The translations under genes and the position numbers were made by a program. From positions 192,001 through 256,000 of the forward strand of contig CAVSBL010000002.1 in the NCBI GenBank assembly GCA_963726255.1: a DNA stretch of 64,000 nt. Reading direction: 5' to 3'. The notes under the pieces are model-generated. The model did not search any database. It saw only the letters and a list, made by a program, of their open reading frames with translations, and was not told where the DNA came from. Positions 19,660-28,648 of this stretch are shown here, piece by piece; position 1 is the first letter of the stretch, and each line of letters begins with the position of its first letter. Source of the stretch: Candidatus Bathyarchaeota archaeon (GTDB taxonomy: Archaea; Thermoproteota; Bathyarchaeia; 40CM-2-53-6).

Positions 19660-21993
19660 ATGAAATCTAGATTCTACCTTCTCGATGATAATGAGATTGA
19701 GTGGAAAGGGAAACCTTGCGTTAGATTCTGGGGCATAGGCGAAAAGGGCAAGAGAATTTGCGTTCTTAGCAACCAAATAATGCCATACTTCTACTTTCTA
19801 CCCAACGAGCAGGACAACCTCGAGACAAGTAGGCAAAGGATCCTTGAAGACAAGAAGCGTTTTCCAAAAATCCTCAGCGTCTCAATTGAAAGTAAGAAAC
19901 TCCTCGGACAAGAACGTAGGGCGTTGAAAATAACCTGCGAAGAGTCTGAAGTCCGATCAAGCTACTCGAAGGAACTGCAAAAGCTCCTCGGCAAGGGCGA
20001 AGGCTTTGAGGGCGATCTCAGGCTTTCAGCCAGGTACATAACCGATCTGATGTTGACGCCATGCGGCTGGAACGAATGTGAAGTCAGTAAATTGGCATTC
20101 GACGGACCGTACGATGCCTACGTAGCAACAGAAGCTCCTCGGGGTGTTGTCGATGACTCGGTTCCCAACCTCCGGATTCTCGCATGCCACACGCTGACTG
20201 CTGGAATGAAAGGGTCAGCGAAACCGGAAAGGGACCCAATACGGGCGATAGCTGCAGTAACTAACTCGGGGAAGTCAACGACTCTTGTCTCCGGAGAAGG
20301 GAAGGAGGGTGATGTCAACGTCCTGAAGGACTTCGTTGAATTCGTAAACAGCTTCGACCCCGACATCATCGTTGGCTTCGAAAGCAACACGCAAGACTGG
20401 CCATACATGATTCAACGGTCAAAGGTGCTCAAGCTGAAGCTTTCCGTGGGGCGGGATTCGAGCGAGCCCCATACAAGCGTCTACGGCCACGTATCAGTAA
20501 CTGGCAGGGCAAACGTAGACCTATCCGATGTCGCAGGCGGCATCCCTGAAATCAAAGTGAAAACGCTTGAGAACGTTTCCAAATACCTTCAACTTCCCTC
20601 CGCAGGAAAGTTCACCACGGTCGAAGAATGGGACAGATACGACTTGTGGATGGAAGAGGCGAGGAGGAAAAGGCTGCTGCAGAACGGGCGGATGATGGCA
20701 CAAGCCTCACTGGAACTGGCTGAGGCGACGTTGAATTTTCCAATGCAGCTTTCTGCTTTGACGGGCTTGCCCCTTGACCAGGTCATGGCGGCGGCCGTTG
20801 GATTCCGAGTTGACTCGTACTTGGTCCGGCAGGCGAACCGAATTGGGGAACTTATACCTGCAAGGAACGACCAGCCTTACTTCACCTACCGGGGAGCAAT
20901 CGTGCTCGAGCCCAAAACCGGGCTCCATGAGGATGTTGTCGTACTAGACTTCGCTTCTATGTACCCAACGCTGATGGAGAAGTACAATCTTTCACCAGAT
21001 GCACTAGTGAAACCTGAGGAACACCCTTCAGAAGACTCGGTCTTTGTCATCCCCGACGTACAACATAAGTTTCGGAAAAAACCCGACGGGTTCTATCGAA
21101 CCGTTCTCTCACAGCTAATTCATGAGCGGTCCGAAATCAAAGCTGAGTTGAAAGAAACTGGCTCAGCTTCAACTCGGAGCAAGGTTCTGAAGGAACGTGA
21201 ACGGGCCTTGAAGGTGATTACGAACGCATGCTATGGCTATGCTGGATGGGCGGGAGCCCGTTGGTATGCAAGGGAAGTTGCAGAGTCCGCAACCGCCCTA
21301 GGACGCGAAACGATTACGAAGACCATAGCAAAAGCAGAATCCCTAGGGCTCACAATAATCTACGGCGACACAGACTCCCTCTTCGTCAAGAATGAACGTT
21401 CTAGGATTGCACAGCTTCTTGATTGGGTTCACAAGGATCTCGACCTGGAGATCCGAGTTGAGCGGGAGTACCGGCGAATCCTATTCACGGAGGCGATGAA
21501 GCGATACGCCGGGCTACTTACGGACGGAAGCCTAGACATAGTCGGCTTAGAAGTTGTTCGCGGCGACTGGTCTGAAATCGCACGCCAAGTGCAAGAAGAA
21601 GTTCTGGAGAAAATTCTTCAAGACCAATCACCTGAGAAAGCTGTTGAAGCAGTGCGGACGATAATCCGCAAACTAGAAAACGGCGAAGTCCCAATTGCTG
21701 AATTGACTATTCGAAAGACATTGACCAAGCCGATCGAGAAGTACGCTGTCAGGGTACCTCATGTCGAAGTCGCAAGGAAACTCTTGAAGGAGGGTTGGAC
21801 TCTAATGGTCGGTGACAAGGTTGCCTACGTCATCGTAAAGGGATCCGGCAAACTATTCCAGAAAGCTAAGCCCTACAATCAAGTGAAACAGGAAGAAGTT
21901 GATAAGGAGTACTACCTGGAAAACCAAATCAAGCCTGCCGCGATGCGAATCCTAGAACGATTCGGCGTGAACGCCAAACAATTGGAGGTTTAG
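19660..21993 (+). CDS. polB: Family B DNA polymerase (PolB3-like) with degenerate 3'-5' exonuclease motifs
   Basis: Polymerase motifs DFASMYP, KVITNACYG, YGDTDS intact; Exo motifs altered. Confidence 0.93.
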   Translation: MKSRFYLLDDNEIEWKGKPCVRFWGIGEKGKRICVLSNQIMPYFYFLPNEQDNLETSRQRILEDKKRFPKILSVSIESKKLLGQERRALKITCEESEVRSSYSKELQKLLGKGEGFEGDLRLSARYITDLMLTPCGWNECEVSKLAFDGPYDAYVATEAPRGVVDDSVPNLRILACHTLTAGMKGSAKPERDPIRAIAAVTNSGKSTTLVSGEGKEGDVNVLKDFVEFVNSFDPDIIVGFESNTQDWPYMIQRSKVLKLKLSVGRDSSEPHTSVYGHVSVTGRANVDLSDVAGGIPEIKVKTLENVSKYLQLPSAGKFTTVEEWDRYDLWMEEARRKRLLQNGRMMAQASLELAEATLNFPMQLSALTGLPLDQVMAAAVGFRVDSYLVRQANRIGELIPARNDQPYFTYRGAIVLEPKTGLHEDVVVLDFASMYPTLMEKYNLSPDALVKPEEHPSEDSVFVIPDVQHKFRKKPDGFYRTVLSQLIHERSEIKAELKETGSASTRSKVLKERERALKVITNACYGYAGWAGARWYAREVAESATALGRETITKTIAKAESLGLTIIYGDTDSLFVKNERSRIAQLLDWVHKDLDLEIRVEREYRRILFTEAMKRYAGLLTDGSLDIVGLEVVRGDWSEIARQVQEEVLEKILQDQSPEKAVEAVRTIIRKLENGEVPIAELTIRKTLTKPIEKYAVRVPHVEVARKLLKEGWTLMVGDKVAYVIVKGSGKLFQKAKPYNQVKQEEVDKEYYLENQIKPAAMRILERFGVNAKQLEV

Positions 21994-23171
21994 GCGGTCG
22001 GTGGACCAGCGACTTCCGGGAGGGTCATGATCTTAACGGAGGCTGCCCTACGTGCTAGGTCCGCAATTCGGTCACCCACGATCAGCTTGACGCCCTTTTC
22101 TTCGGCCAAATCTACTAACCTCTGGGTAACTACTCCGTCGAAGACAATCGTATCAACGCCCTGATAGTCGCCGAGTTTGCCAGCAAGTTCACTCACAGGT
22201 AGCCTAGCGAGTTCGCTCATATTCTGGTCAAGCAATACCCCCTCTAGGGACCCGCGCAATTCGCGGGCTTTGACCACAACGTTCTGGGGGAGTTGTGGGG
22301 GAGGTGCCCGTGGAACCGGAATTGGTGCTGGGCGCGTGCCCGGAGGTCTTCCAGATTCGACCGGCACTTTCTCGCGCAGGGCCTTAATGATTTCCTTCGG
22401 TACGAGGTCTTCGACCTCCTTCCCCAAAGGCGCTCGTGCAACATAGTCAACGGGCGCTACCTGCATCAACTCTTTCAGGATGAGGTCTCCACCCCTATCG
22501 CCATCTAGGAAGGCTGTCGTTTCCTTAGTCTTGGAAAGCTCCATTATCGTTCGGGGGATCTTCGTTCCTTCAATCGCTACCGCGTTCCTAATTCCGCATC
22601 GCAGAAGGTTGATGATGTCTGCCCTACCTTCCACGAAGATTACGTCTGCGCTAGTGGCAACGTCGGGGCCTGCGGGGAGATGGTCCGTCCCATATTCAGC
22701 GACGTCCGCTGACCGTATCACTCCTGATACGTCTTTGACCATTTCCTCTGTGCTTGGCGATTCTTCTATGACCCAGGTGCGTAGGATATCCTTCGCCTTG
22801 TCAAGAATTACCTTACGTTTTTCTTCCCTGATGTCAGCGACTTTATCTAGTGTTACCTTGGCGATGCATGGGCCTATTCGGTCTACGCTTTGGACCGCGG
22901 CCGCAATGATGGCTGTCGAGGTCTTGTCAAGGCTCGACGGGATGGTTATTACTCCAACTGTCTTATCCTGTTTGGAATCTAGTTGAATTTCTATGCGCCC
23001 GATTCGACCTGATTTTTGAAGCTCGCGTAGGTCCAGGTCCGGACCAAACAATCCTTCTGTTTGACCGAATATGGCGCCTATCACGTCAGGCTTCTCTACG
23101 ACGCCCTCCACTTCGAAACGGGCGACGATCATATACTTTGTCGTAGGTGCATACTGTGAATTTGCTCCCAA
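21990..23171 (-). CDS. dnaG: Archaeal DnaG (primase-like, exosome-associated)
   Basis: GVVEKPDVIGAIFGQTEGL, VEGRAD, FLDGDRGG TOPRIM. Confidence 0.96.
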   Translation of the reverse strand: MGANSQYAPTTKYMIVARFEVEGVVEKPDVIGAIFGQTEGLFGPDLDLRELQKSGRIGRIEIQLDSKQDKTVGVITIPSSLDKTSTAIIAAAVQSVDRIGPCIAKVTLDKVADIREEKRKVILDKAKDILRTWVIEESPSTEEMVKDVSGVIRSADVAEYGTDHLPAGPDVATSADVIFVEGRADIINLLRCGIRNAVAIEGTKIPRTIMELSKTKETTAFLDGDRGGDLILKELMQVAPVDYVARAPLGKEVEDLVPKEIIKALREKVPVESGRPPGTRPAPIPVPRAPPPQLPQNVVVKARELRGSLEGVLLDQNMSELARLPVSELAGKLGDYQGVDTIVFDGVVTQRLVDLAEEKGVKLIVGDRIADLARRAASVKIMTLPEVAGPPTA

Positions 23172-23358
23172 TTACTCGTGAACCTCCTAATTTGCTCACG
23201 TTTACGAAAGTAAGTGACATGAGCATCCGAAACGTACCATCGGAAGTTCCCAATATAAACTGTGTGCACTCGAACGAGTTCGAAATCCATGAACACGTAT
23301 TACCTGGAAAACATCTTATTCAGACCTCATTCTGTCTCAGAACTGGTGCATTAGACTC

Positions 23359-24357
23359 GTGACAAGAATCGGAATTAACGGGTTCGGAAGAATCGGCCGC
23401 TGCTTTTTCAGGGCTGCCACAGAGGCTGGTTTGCAAATAGTCGCTGCCAACGACATAATGGATCCGAAGACGGCGGCTCACCTCCTCAAGTACGACTCCG
23501 TGTTCGGTAAGCTGCAGAACACCATTAATGTTGAGACTGACGGTTTCAAAGTCGATGGAAAGGAAGTCAAAATTCTCTCAGTTAGGGATCCCGGCGAGAT
23601 TCCTTGGTCCAAGTACGGCGTCGAGATTGTGGTCGAATCCACCGGACTGTTCACAAACAGGGAGACGGCTGCGAAGCACATGATAGGCGGAGCTAAGAAA
23701 GTGCTCATTTCCGCCCCAGCCAAGAACCCTGACATCACGATTGTCCCGGGCGTCAACCTGGACAAGTACGACCCGAAGAAACATGATGTTGTTTCACTTG
23801 CATCCTGCACTACAAACTGTGTAACGCCAGTAGTCAAAGTGCTAAACGATGCGTGTACGATAAAGCATGGTTTCATGACCACGGCCCACGCGTATACTGG
23901 CGACCAGCGACTTCAGGACCTGCCCCATAGCGATTTGAGGCGGGCTAGAGCTGCAGCACTCTCGATCATCCCGACTTCCACAGGTGCCGCCATCTCCACA
24001 ACCGAGGTAATCCCTGAACTGAAAGGCAAGATTCACGGCGTGGCACTGCGCGTTCCGGTCCCAGACGGGTCGATTGTCGACTTTGTCGCTGAAGTAGGCC
24101 GTGACGTAACCGTCGACTTCGTGAACAAGGCATTCCATGCAGCGGCGAACGGCCCGATGCAGCATATACTCGAATACTCCGAAGAACCGTTGGTTTCCGC
24201 CGACATTATCGGGAACCCACATTCAGCCGTCTTCGATTCACTCACAACAATGGTTCTAGAAAACAGGCTGGTCAAAGTCTTCGCATGGTACGACAACGAG
24301 TGGGGATACTCGAATAGGCTTGTAGACATGGTGCAAACCATGTCAAAATACCTCTGA
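23359..24357 (+). CDS. gap: Type I glyceraldehyde-3-phosphate dehydrogenase
   Basis: GINGFGRIG, ASCTTNC, WYDNEWGYS class I motifs. Confidence 0.96.
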   Translation: MTRIGINGFGRIGRCFFRAATEAGLQIVAANDIMDPKTAAHLLKYDSVFGKLQNTINVETDGFKVDGKEVKILSVRDPGEIPWSKYGVEIVVESTGLFTNRETAAKHMIGGAKKVLISAPAKNPDITIVPGVNLDKYDPKKHDVVSLASCTTNCVTPVVKVLNDACTIKHGFMTTAHAYTGDQRLQDLPHSDLRRARAAALSIIPTSTGAAISTTEVIPELKGKIHGVALRVPVPDGSIVDFVAEVGRDVTVDFVNKAFHAAANGPMQHILEYSEEPLVSADIIGNPHSAVFDSLTTMVLENRLVKVFAWYDNEWGYSNRLVDMVQTMSKYL

Positions 24358-24402
24358 GGCGTCTGAGGAAATCGATCGGGCGGTTAACTCGCCTGACATG
24401 AC

Positions 24403-25065
24403 TCACTTCTGGCCGTGCTTGATGTGTTTCCTTACGAGTAAGTACAACGCGATTGCGGCTATGAAGACAAGAGGCACTATTGCTTCTGATATGATGTTTG
24501 ATGAAGAATTCTGTGGTATTTGTGAAGTGGCAGATTGTGGAGGTTGAGGCATCTGAAGTGAATTGGTCGTTGGAGGGTATGACGTATAGGGCGTAAGACT
24601 GACTTGCGTCGTGGTATTAGTTGCAGGAGTACCGTTCATCGTAATTGTTGCAGTTGCGCCGTCGATAGTCGCAGGGTTGCCCCAAGCAACGAGAAATATG
24701 AAATATTTCGATCCGGTTGTGAGATTCTGGTCAGCCTCAAGGCTTGTCGCATTCCAATCAGCGAATATGCCTCCATTTGAGGTTAGGTCCTGGACTTGAA
24801 GATGTTCTCCGCACGGAATGTAGTTGAGAGTTTGAAATATGTAGAAATCCATCGGCACGGCCGAACGGAAGCTTATGTGAACTGGCCCCGTGAACGGGAT
24901 GGCAACCGAATCCACGCCACAATAGTTGCCTGTTCCCAGTGGGTAGATGGTAGTTAGAGTCGCCGTCGTCGTCGAACTATCCTTTGGGGCAGGGCCGAGG
25001 GATGCTTGTATTCCAACTACCGAGGCCACGACTAGAATGCAGGCCAGAAGAATGTGGAATCGCAT
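24403..25065 (-). CDS. Secreted, C-terminally membrane-anchored hypothetical protein
   Basis: Signal peptide, S/T/Q-rich linker, C-terminal TM plus basic tail. Confidence 0.7.
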   Translation of the reverse strand: MRFHILLACILVVASVVGIQASLGPAPKDSSTTTATLTTIYPLGTGNYCGVDSVAIPFTGPVHISFRSAVPMDFYIFQTLNYIPCGEHLQVQDLTSNGGIFADWNATSLEADQNLTTGSKYFIFLVAWGNPATIDGATATITMNGTPATNTTTQVSLTPYTSYPPTTNSLQMPQPPQSATSQIPQNSSSNIISEAIVPLVFIAAIALYLLVRKHIKHGQK

Positions 25066-25133
25066 AATCAGCTAAGGTTAGGATTCATGGATCGTAATAA
25101 AACGGTTTGCATCGATATCTAATCAACAGAACT

Positions 25134-25631
25134 TCAAATTCGACTTGCTCTTCGAAACCGGCCTCGCTCTTTGTCCCGTCGAGGCTGGTATCGTGTTTCA
25201 TATTCCCGCCGGGCTGATATGGGGCCGAAAAATACTTCAGCCCTAAGCCGACTGTGGAATTTCGGCAGTTCTTCGATGCTGCGAACGTCTGACCTCGTTA
25301 GTCCACGCAGTTCGCGCCATAAGACTAGGTTTGCGTGAATCTTCTGGTAATTCAAGCTGCGAGCCAGACGCTTCGCCAAGGACACGCCTTCGCGGTCAAA
25401 ATCCGTGAGAACTATTACCTTTCTCCCAGCGTCCAGCTCTTCAACGAAACCTAGGGGATTCTTTCGGCTGCTCTGCAAACAGAGGATTGTTCCTGGGATT
25501 CCCATATTACGAAGGGAGTCTCGGTCGCGAGTTCCTTCAACTACGATGATGCCCCCTTGTTCCGACTCGTGGGTGACTCTTTGAATGAGTTTCTCTAGCC
25601 GATCTAGCCTAACTTCGGCTGGGGCGCGCAT
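25134..25631 (-). CDS. Small TOPRIM-domain protein (RNase M5/primase-like)
   Basis: IVVEGTRD and VLTDFDREG motifs. Confidence 0.88.
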   Translation of the reverse strand: MRAPAEVRLDRLEKLIQRVTHESEQGGIIVVEGTRDRDSLRNMGIPGTILCLQSSRKNPLGFVEELDAGRKVIVLTDFDREGVSLAKRLARSLNYQKIHANLVLWRELRGLTRSDVRSIEELPKFHSRLRAEVFFGPISARREYETRYQPRRDKERGRFRRASRI

Positions 25632-25640
25632 TTCGAGTTG

Positions 25641-26729
25641 TTACCTTGTAATTTCTATCTGTTCCATCTTGTGAAGTAGCTCGGGATGTTTCTCGAATTC
25701 TTCTCTAACTGGTTCGAGGATTTTGATGAGGCTTTCCGCTACTGAGACCTTAAGGTCTTGCGGGTGAATCTTCCCCGCTCGGTACTCTGATTCCAGTTCC
25801 TTATACGTAGTGAAAGTCGCGGGGCCACCGTACTTGCTCGGCCTATCCAGCGAAACTGAATTGGACCACGGAAAGATGATGTGGCGAGCGATTTCAAGGA
25901 CTGGATTGTTCTCTGTCTCCTTCTGGGGGCAGTAGGCGCCTTTGAGTTTGTGTTTGATTGCTTCTGGTTCATCGTGGACGATTATCCCGGTTTCCGTGAT
26001 GCTCTTTGACATCTTAGAAGAGATTTGGGAGCTGACATCTCGATTTTCATCGAACTTGGCCGTGTCCATCCTTTTCGCCCCCGCTAGTCCTATGAGCAGA
26101 GGTGTGTGCAGACTCGTTGGTTTCGGCCAGCCTAGCTTGTCTGCGACATCGCACGCTAAGGCGTGAGCTTTCCTCTGGTCTATGCCTGCACATGCGACAT
26201 CTAGCTTTAGTTCGAATATGTCGGCTGCTTGCATGCATGGGTAGAAGGTTGACGCGGCTTCGAGGTCTTTGGTATCCATCTCCCTGCCCATTATTGGAAG
26301 CGCACGCCAAACGCGGTTTACGTTGATCGACTTGCCAATCCGCACCACCCTTTCCCAGTACTCCCGTTTTGATGCTAGGTCAGACGCCCATGAGTACGTG
26401 GCCTTTGATGGCGGAATTCCTATCGCAGTGAAGCATTGTTTGATGTATTCTCCACAGGTGCGAATATTCTCCATCTGGCCCCCCAGCTTGTTGTTGATCC
26501 AAGCGTGCCAGTCGGCGAGGAAGACGGTGTAATCGAAACCAGCCTCAATCATATCTATGATTTTCCTGCCGCACAGTAGACCCATTCCTATGTGCATCAT
26601 GCCACTCGACTCGAAGCCCCAGTAGGCGCGCGGACGAGTCTTGGTCTCTAGAATCGTCCGCAGTTCTTCGCGGGTGATGATTTCTTCTGTATCTCTGGCG
26701 ACGAGCTCAAGCCGTGTTTCCAGGTCCAA
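25641..26729 (-). CDS. tyrS: Tyrosyl-tRNA synthetase
   Basis: YWGFE.SG..HIG, FLADWHAWIN, MQAAD, GIDQRKAH, KMSKS. Confidence 0.96.
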   Translation of the reverse strand: MDLETRLELVARDTEEIITREELRTILETKTRPRAYWGFESSGMMHIGMGLLCGRKIIDMIEAGFDYTVFLADWHAWINNKLGGQMENIRTCGEYIKQCFTAIGIPPSKATYSWASDLASKREYWERVVRIGKSINVNRVWRALPIMGREMDTKDLEAASTFYPCMQAADIFELKLDVACAGIDQRKAHALACDVADKLGWPKPTSLHTPLLIGLAGAKRMDTAKFDENRDVSSQISSKMSKSITETGIIVHDEPEAIKHKLKGAYCPQKETENNPVLEIARHIIFPWSNSVSLDRPSKYGGPATFTTYKELESEYRAGKIHPQDLKVSVAESLIKILEPVREEFEKHPELLHKMEQIEITR

Positions 26730-26776
26730 CTTTCCTTCCTTCAGGTTTTCCCTTCAGTTCGGGCTATTATTCTTCT

Positions 26777-26933
26777 TTCGTTGGAGGGGATTCGCCGCAG
26801 GGTCGGAGCGCCGGTATTACCAGCGATCCGGCCCCTTTCGCCCACGACACTAACACGCAAACTTCACTGGAGGGCTTCGCCCCACTCAGTTGGCTCTCTC
26901 GGAGGTGGGCGGCTCTGGTGCCTCTCCAACGAA
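26777..26933. ncRNA. Putative structured RNA/cis-element between pheT and tyrS
   Basis: 13-bp terminal stem 26777-26789/26921-26933 enclosing further helices (26800-26807/26827-26834; 26840-26845/26905-26910). Confidence 0.5.
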
Positions 26934-26934
26934 C

Positions 26935-28647
26935 CTATCGTCTCTGCAACTGGAAGAGTTGGTCAAGGTCTAGCTCCATTCCGGCTACAGGGTTTTCCAG
27001 TCTCCAGTTTTCGAGGACTTGGGGGTGAACCTCTCCTATTATCCCAACCTCCCGGTCGCCAATAAGTATGCTACCAACGCGCCCCTCCAAGTAGCTCGGG
27101 TCGACGGTTGGCTTGAGAGTGAACTCGAAGCCGAGATTGAGCATAAGCGGTTGGAGGCTGGCTTTCATTTCCGTGAAGTTGGCTTTCGAGTGGCTTGAGA
27201 CACAGGCCAGCTTTCTAGCGTCTCTCGCCCGGTTGGGTACGGCCGGGTCCCAAATTGCACAGTCTCCGACCTCGAACACTCTCTGAGGGTATTCGACGTG
27301 AGTGTTGTTCGCCAGGAAGTCCATCAGGCTAGGTAAGAGCGAAGGGCGTAGGCATGTCATTGTCATGATTTTCGGGTTTGCAATCTCCACTGCCAGACCA
27401 GGTTGCCTGTTCATCTTCGTAAACAACTTCTCTTGGTTCCCCATCATGAAGCCGAGCATTTCTTGGAAACCAAGTCCCACCATGAGTTCTCTCACCGAAT
27501 CTGAGAACTCTTCCATAGGTGACAGGCCGCCGATTGTTAGGTCAGATGGCCATTTCGGTTCCATTTTGTTTAGGCCGTAGGCGATGGCGACATCTTCGAA
27601 GATGTCAACAGGGTGTAGGATGTCCAATCGGTAGCATGGGACGCGAACGGTGAGTTGTTTGCCGGTCGAATTCGCTACCTCATACCTTGCGCGGCGAAGA
27701 AGGGACACTATCTGGGCGCCGCTGAGGTCCAGCCCGATCATGCCTCTAAGGCTGTCGAGCGATAGTTTGACTCGGCGCTCGTTGAGGTCTGGCGTTTTGA
27801 CTGTCCGTGGTTTGCCGTACTCGTAATGTACTACGGCTGGTGAGATTTCAGCGCCTCGGTCGGCTAGGGTGGTTGTGAGTATGGTTACGGCGTTCATGAC
27901 CGTTTCGTCAGAGGTGCCCGTGACTTCGACAAGGATGTTCTTGGTTTCGGGCGTTACTCGGCCTAGGTCATCGGAGTTAATGATGGGTGGGAAAGAGAGC
28001 ACTTTGTGTTTCGAATCCAGCAGGATGGGCATTCTTTCATGTTCCTTTACGATGTGGCCGTACTCTAGCCCCTTCGGGTGCGCTTCGAGAATTTCGCGTA
28101 GCGACATTTCCTTCTCGCCTTCCAAGGGTACGAATTTCACGTCATCCGGACCCACCGCGCCGTACGTGAGTGGTGGATCAATCAAATCGAAATCGTAGAA
28201 CCCTATGGATGACCTTCGGCGCTTTCTCCCGTAGCTCTGGTCAAGCTTCTCTTGGAGGTGGATTAATCCCCGAATAATCACGTCATTCAGCTTGATGCGG
28301 CGGGCGACTACGCACGCAATAAACGGCCTAATCTCTTTCAGTTCTTTATCCACTTGGATTTCGACAGCAGGTTTCTTTGCAAGCGGGTAGGTCTTGAGGC
28401 CCACTTCGATTCCCAGCAACCCCCTTAGCGCTCGGGCTATGCCTTCAGTGCTCCAGGTGTCCGGCCGGTTGGTGTCTTTGTTTTCCAACTGAAGTTCGGA
28501 ATCTTCCGAGATGTCTTCCGTGCGGCTTAGGCCGGAGAGTTCGCACTTCACGGAGTAAAGTATCTCATCGAGTTGCTCGTGGTCCCTAGGCAGCTTCCTC
28601 CCGACTAGTTGTTCCAAGTCGTCTATTCGGGTGAAGATTGTGACCAT
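26935..28647 (-). CDS. pheT: Phenylalanyl-tRNA synthetase beta subunit
   Basis: NRPD, LQEKL...GRKRR, SFPPIINS, YRLDILHPVDIFEDVAIAYG. Confidence 0.96.
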   Translation of the reverse strand: MVTIFTRIDDLEQLVGRKLPRDHEQLDEILYSVKCELSGLSRTEDISEDSELQLENKDTNRPDTWSTEGIARALRGLLGIEVGLKTYPLAKKPAVEIQVDKELKEIRPFIACVVARRIKLNDVIIRGLIHLQEKLDQSYGRKRRRSSIGFYDFDLIDPPLTYGAVGPDDVKFVPLEGEKEMSLREILEAHPKGLEYGHIVKEHERMPILLDSKHKVLSFPPIINSDDLGRVTPETKNILVEVTGTSDETVMNAVTILTTTLADRGAEISPAVVHYEYGKPRTVKTPDLNERRVKLSLDSLRGMIGLDLSGAQIVSLLRRARYEVANSTGKQLTVRVPCYRLDILHPVDIFEDVAIAYGLNKMEPKWPSDLTIGGLSPMEEFSDSVRELMVGLGFQEMLGFMMGNQEKLFTKMNRQPGLAVEIANPKIMTMTCLRPSLLPSLMDFLANNTHVEYPQRVFEVGDCAIWDPAVPNRARDARKLACVSSHSKANFTEMKASLQPLMLNLGFEFTLKPTVDPSYLEGRVGSILIGDREVGIIGEVHPQVLENWRLENPVAGMELDLDQLFQLQRR

Positions 28648-28648
28648 G

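Noticed and set aside
19660-21993. PolB as a casposon polymerase mobilising the TIR element
   Set aside because: Cellular PolB3-like sequence in a housekeeping context, with no adjacent cas1 or TIRs
26714-27065. Plus-strand ORFs of 104 and 94 aa
   Set aside because: Antisense overlaps with pheT/tyrS across a GC-rich structured spacer
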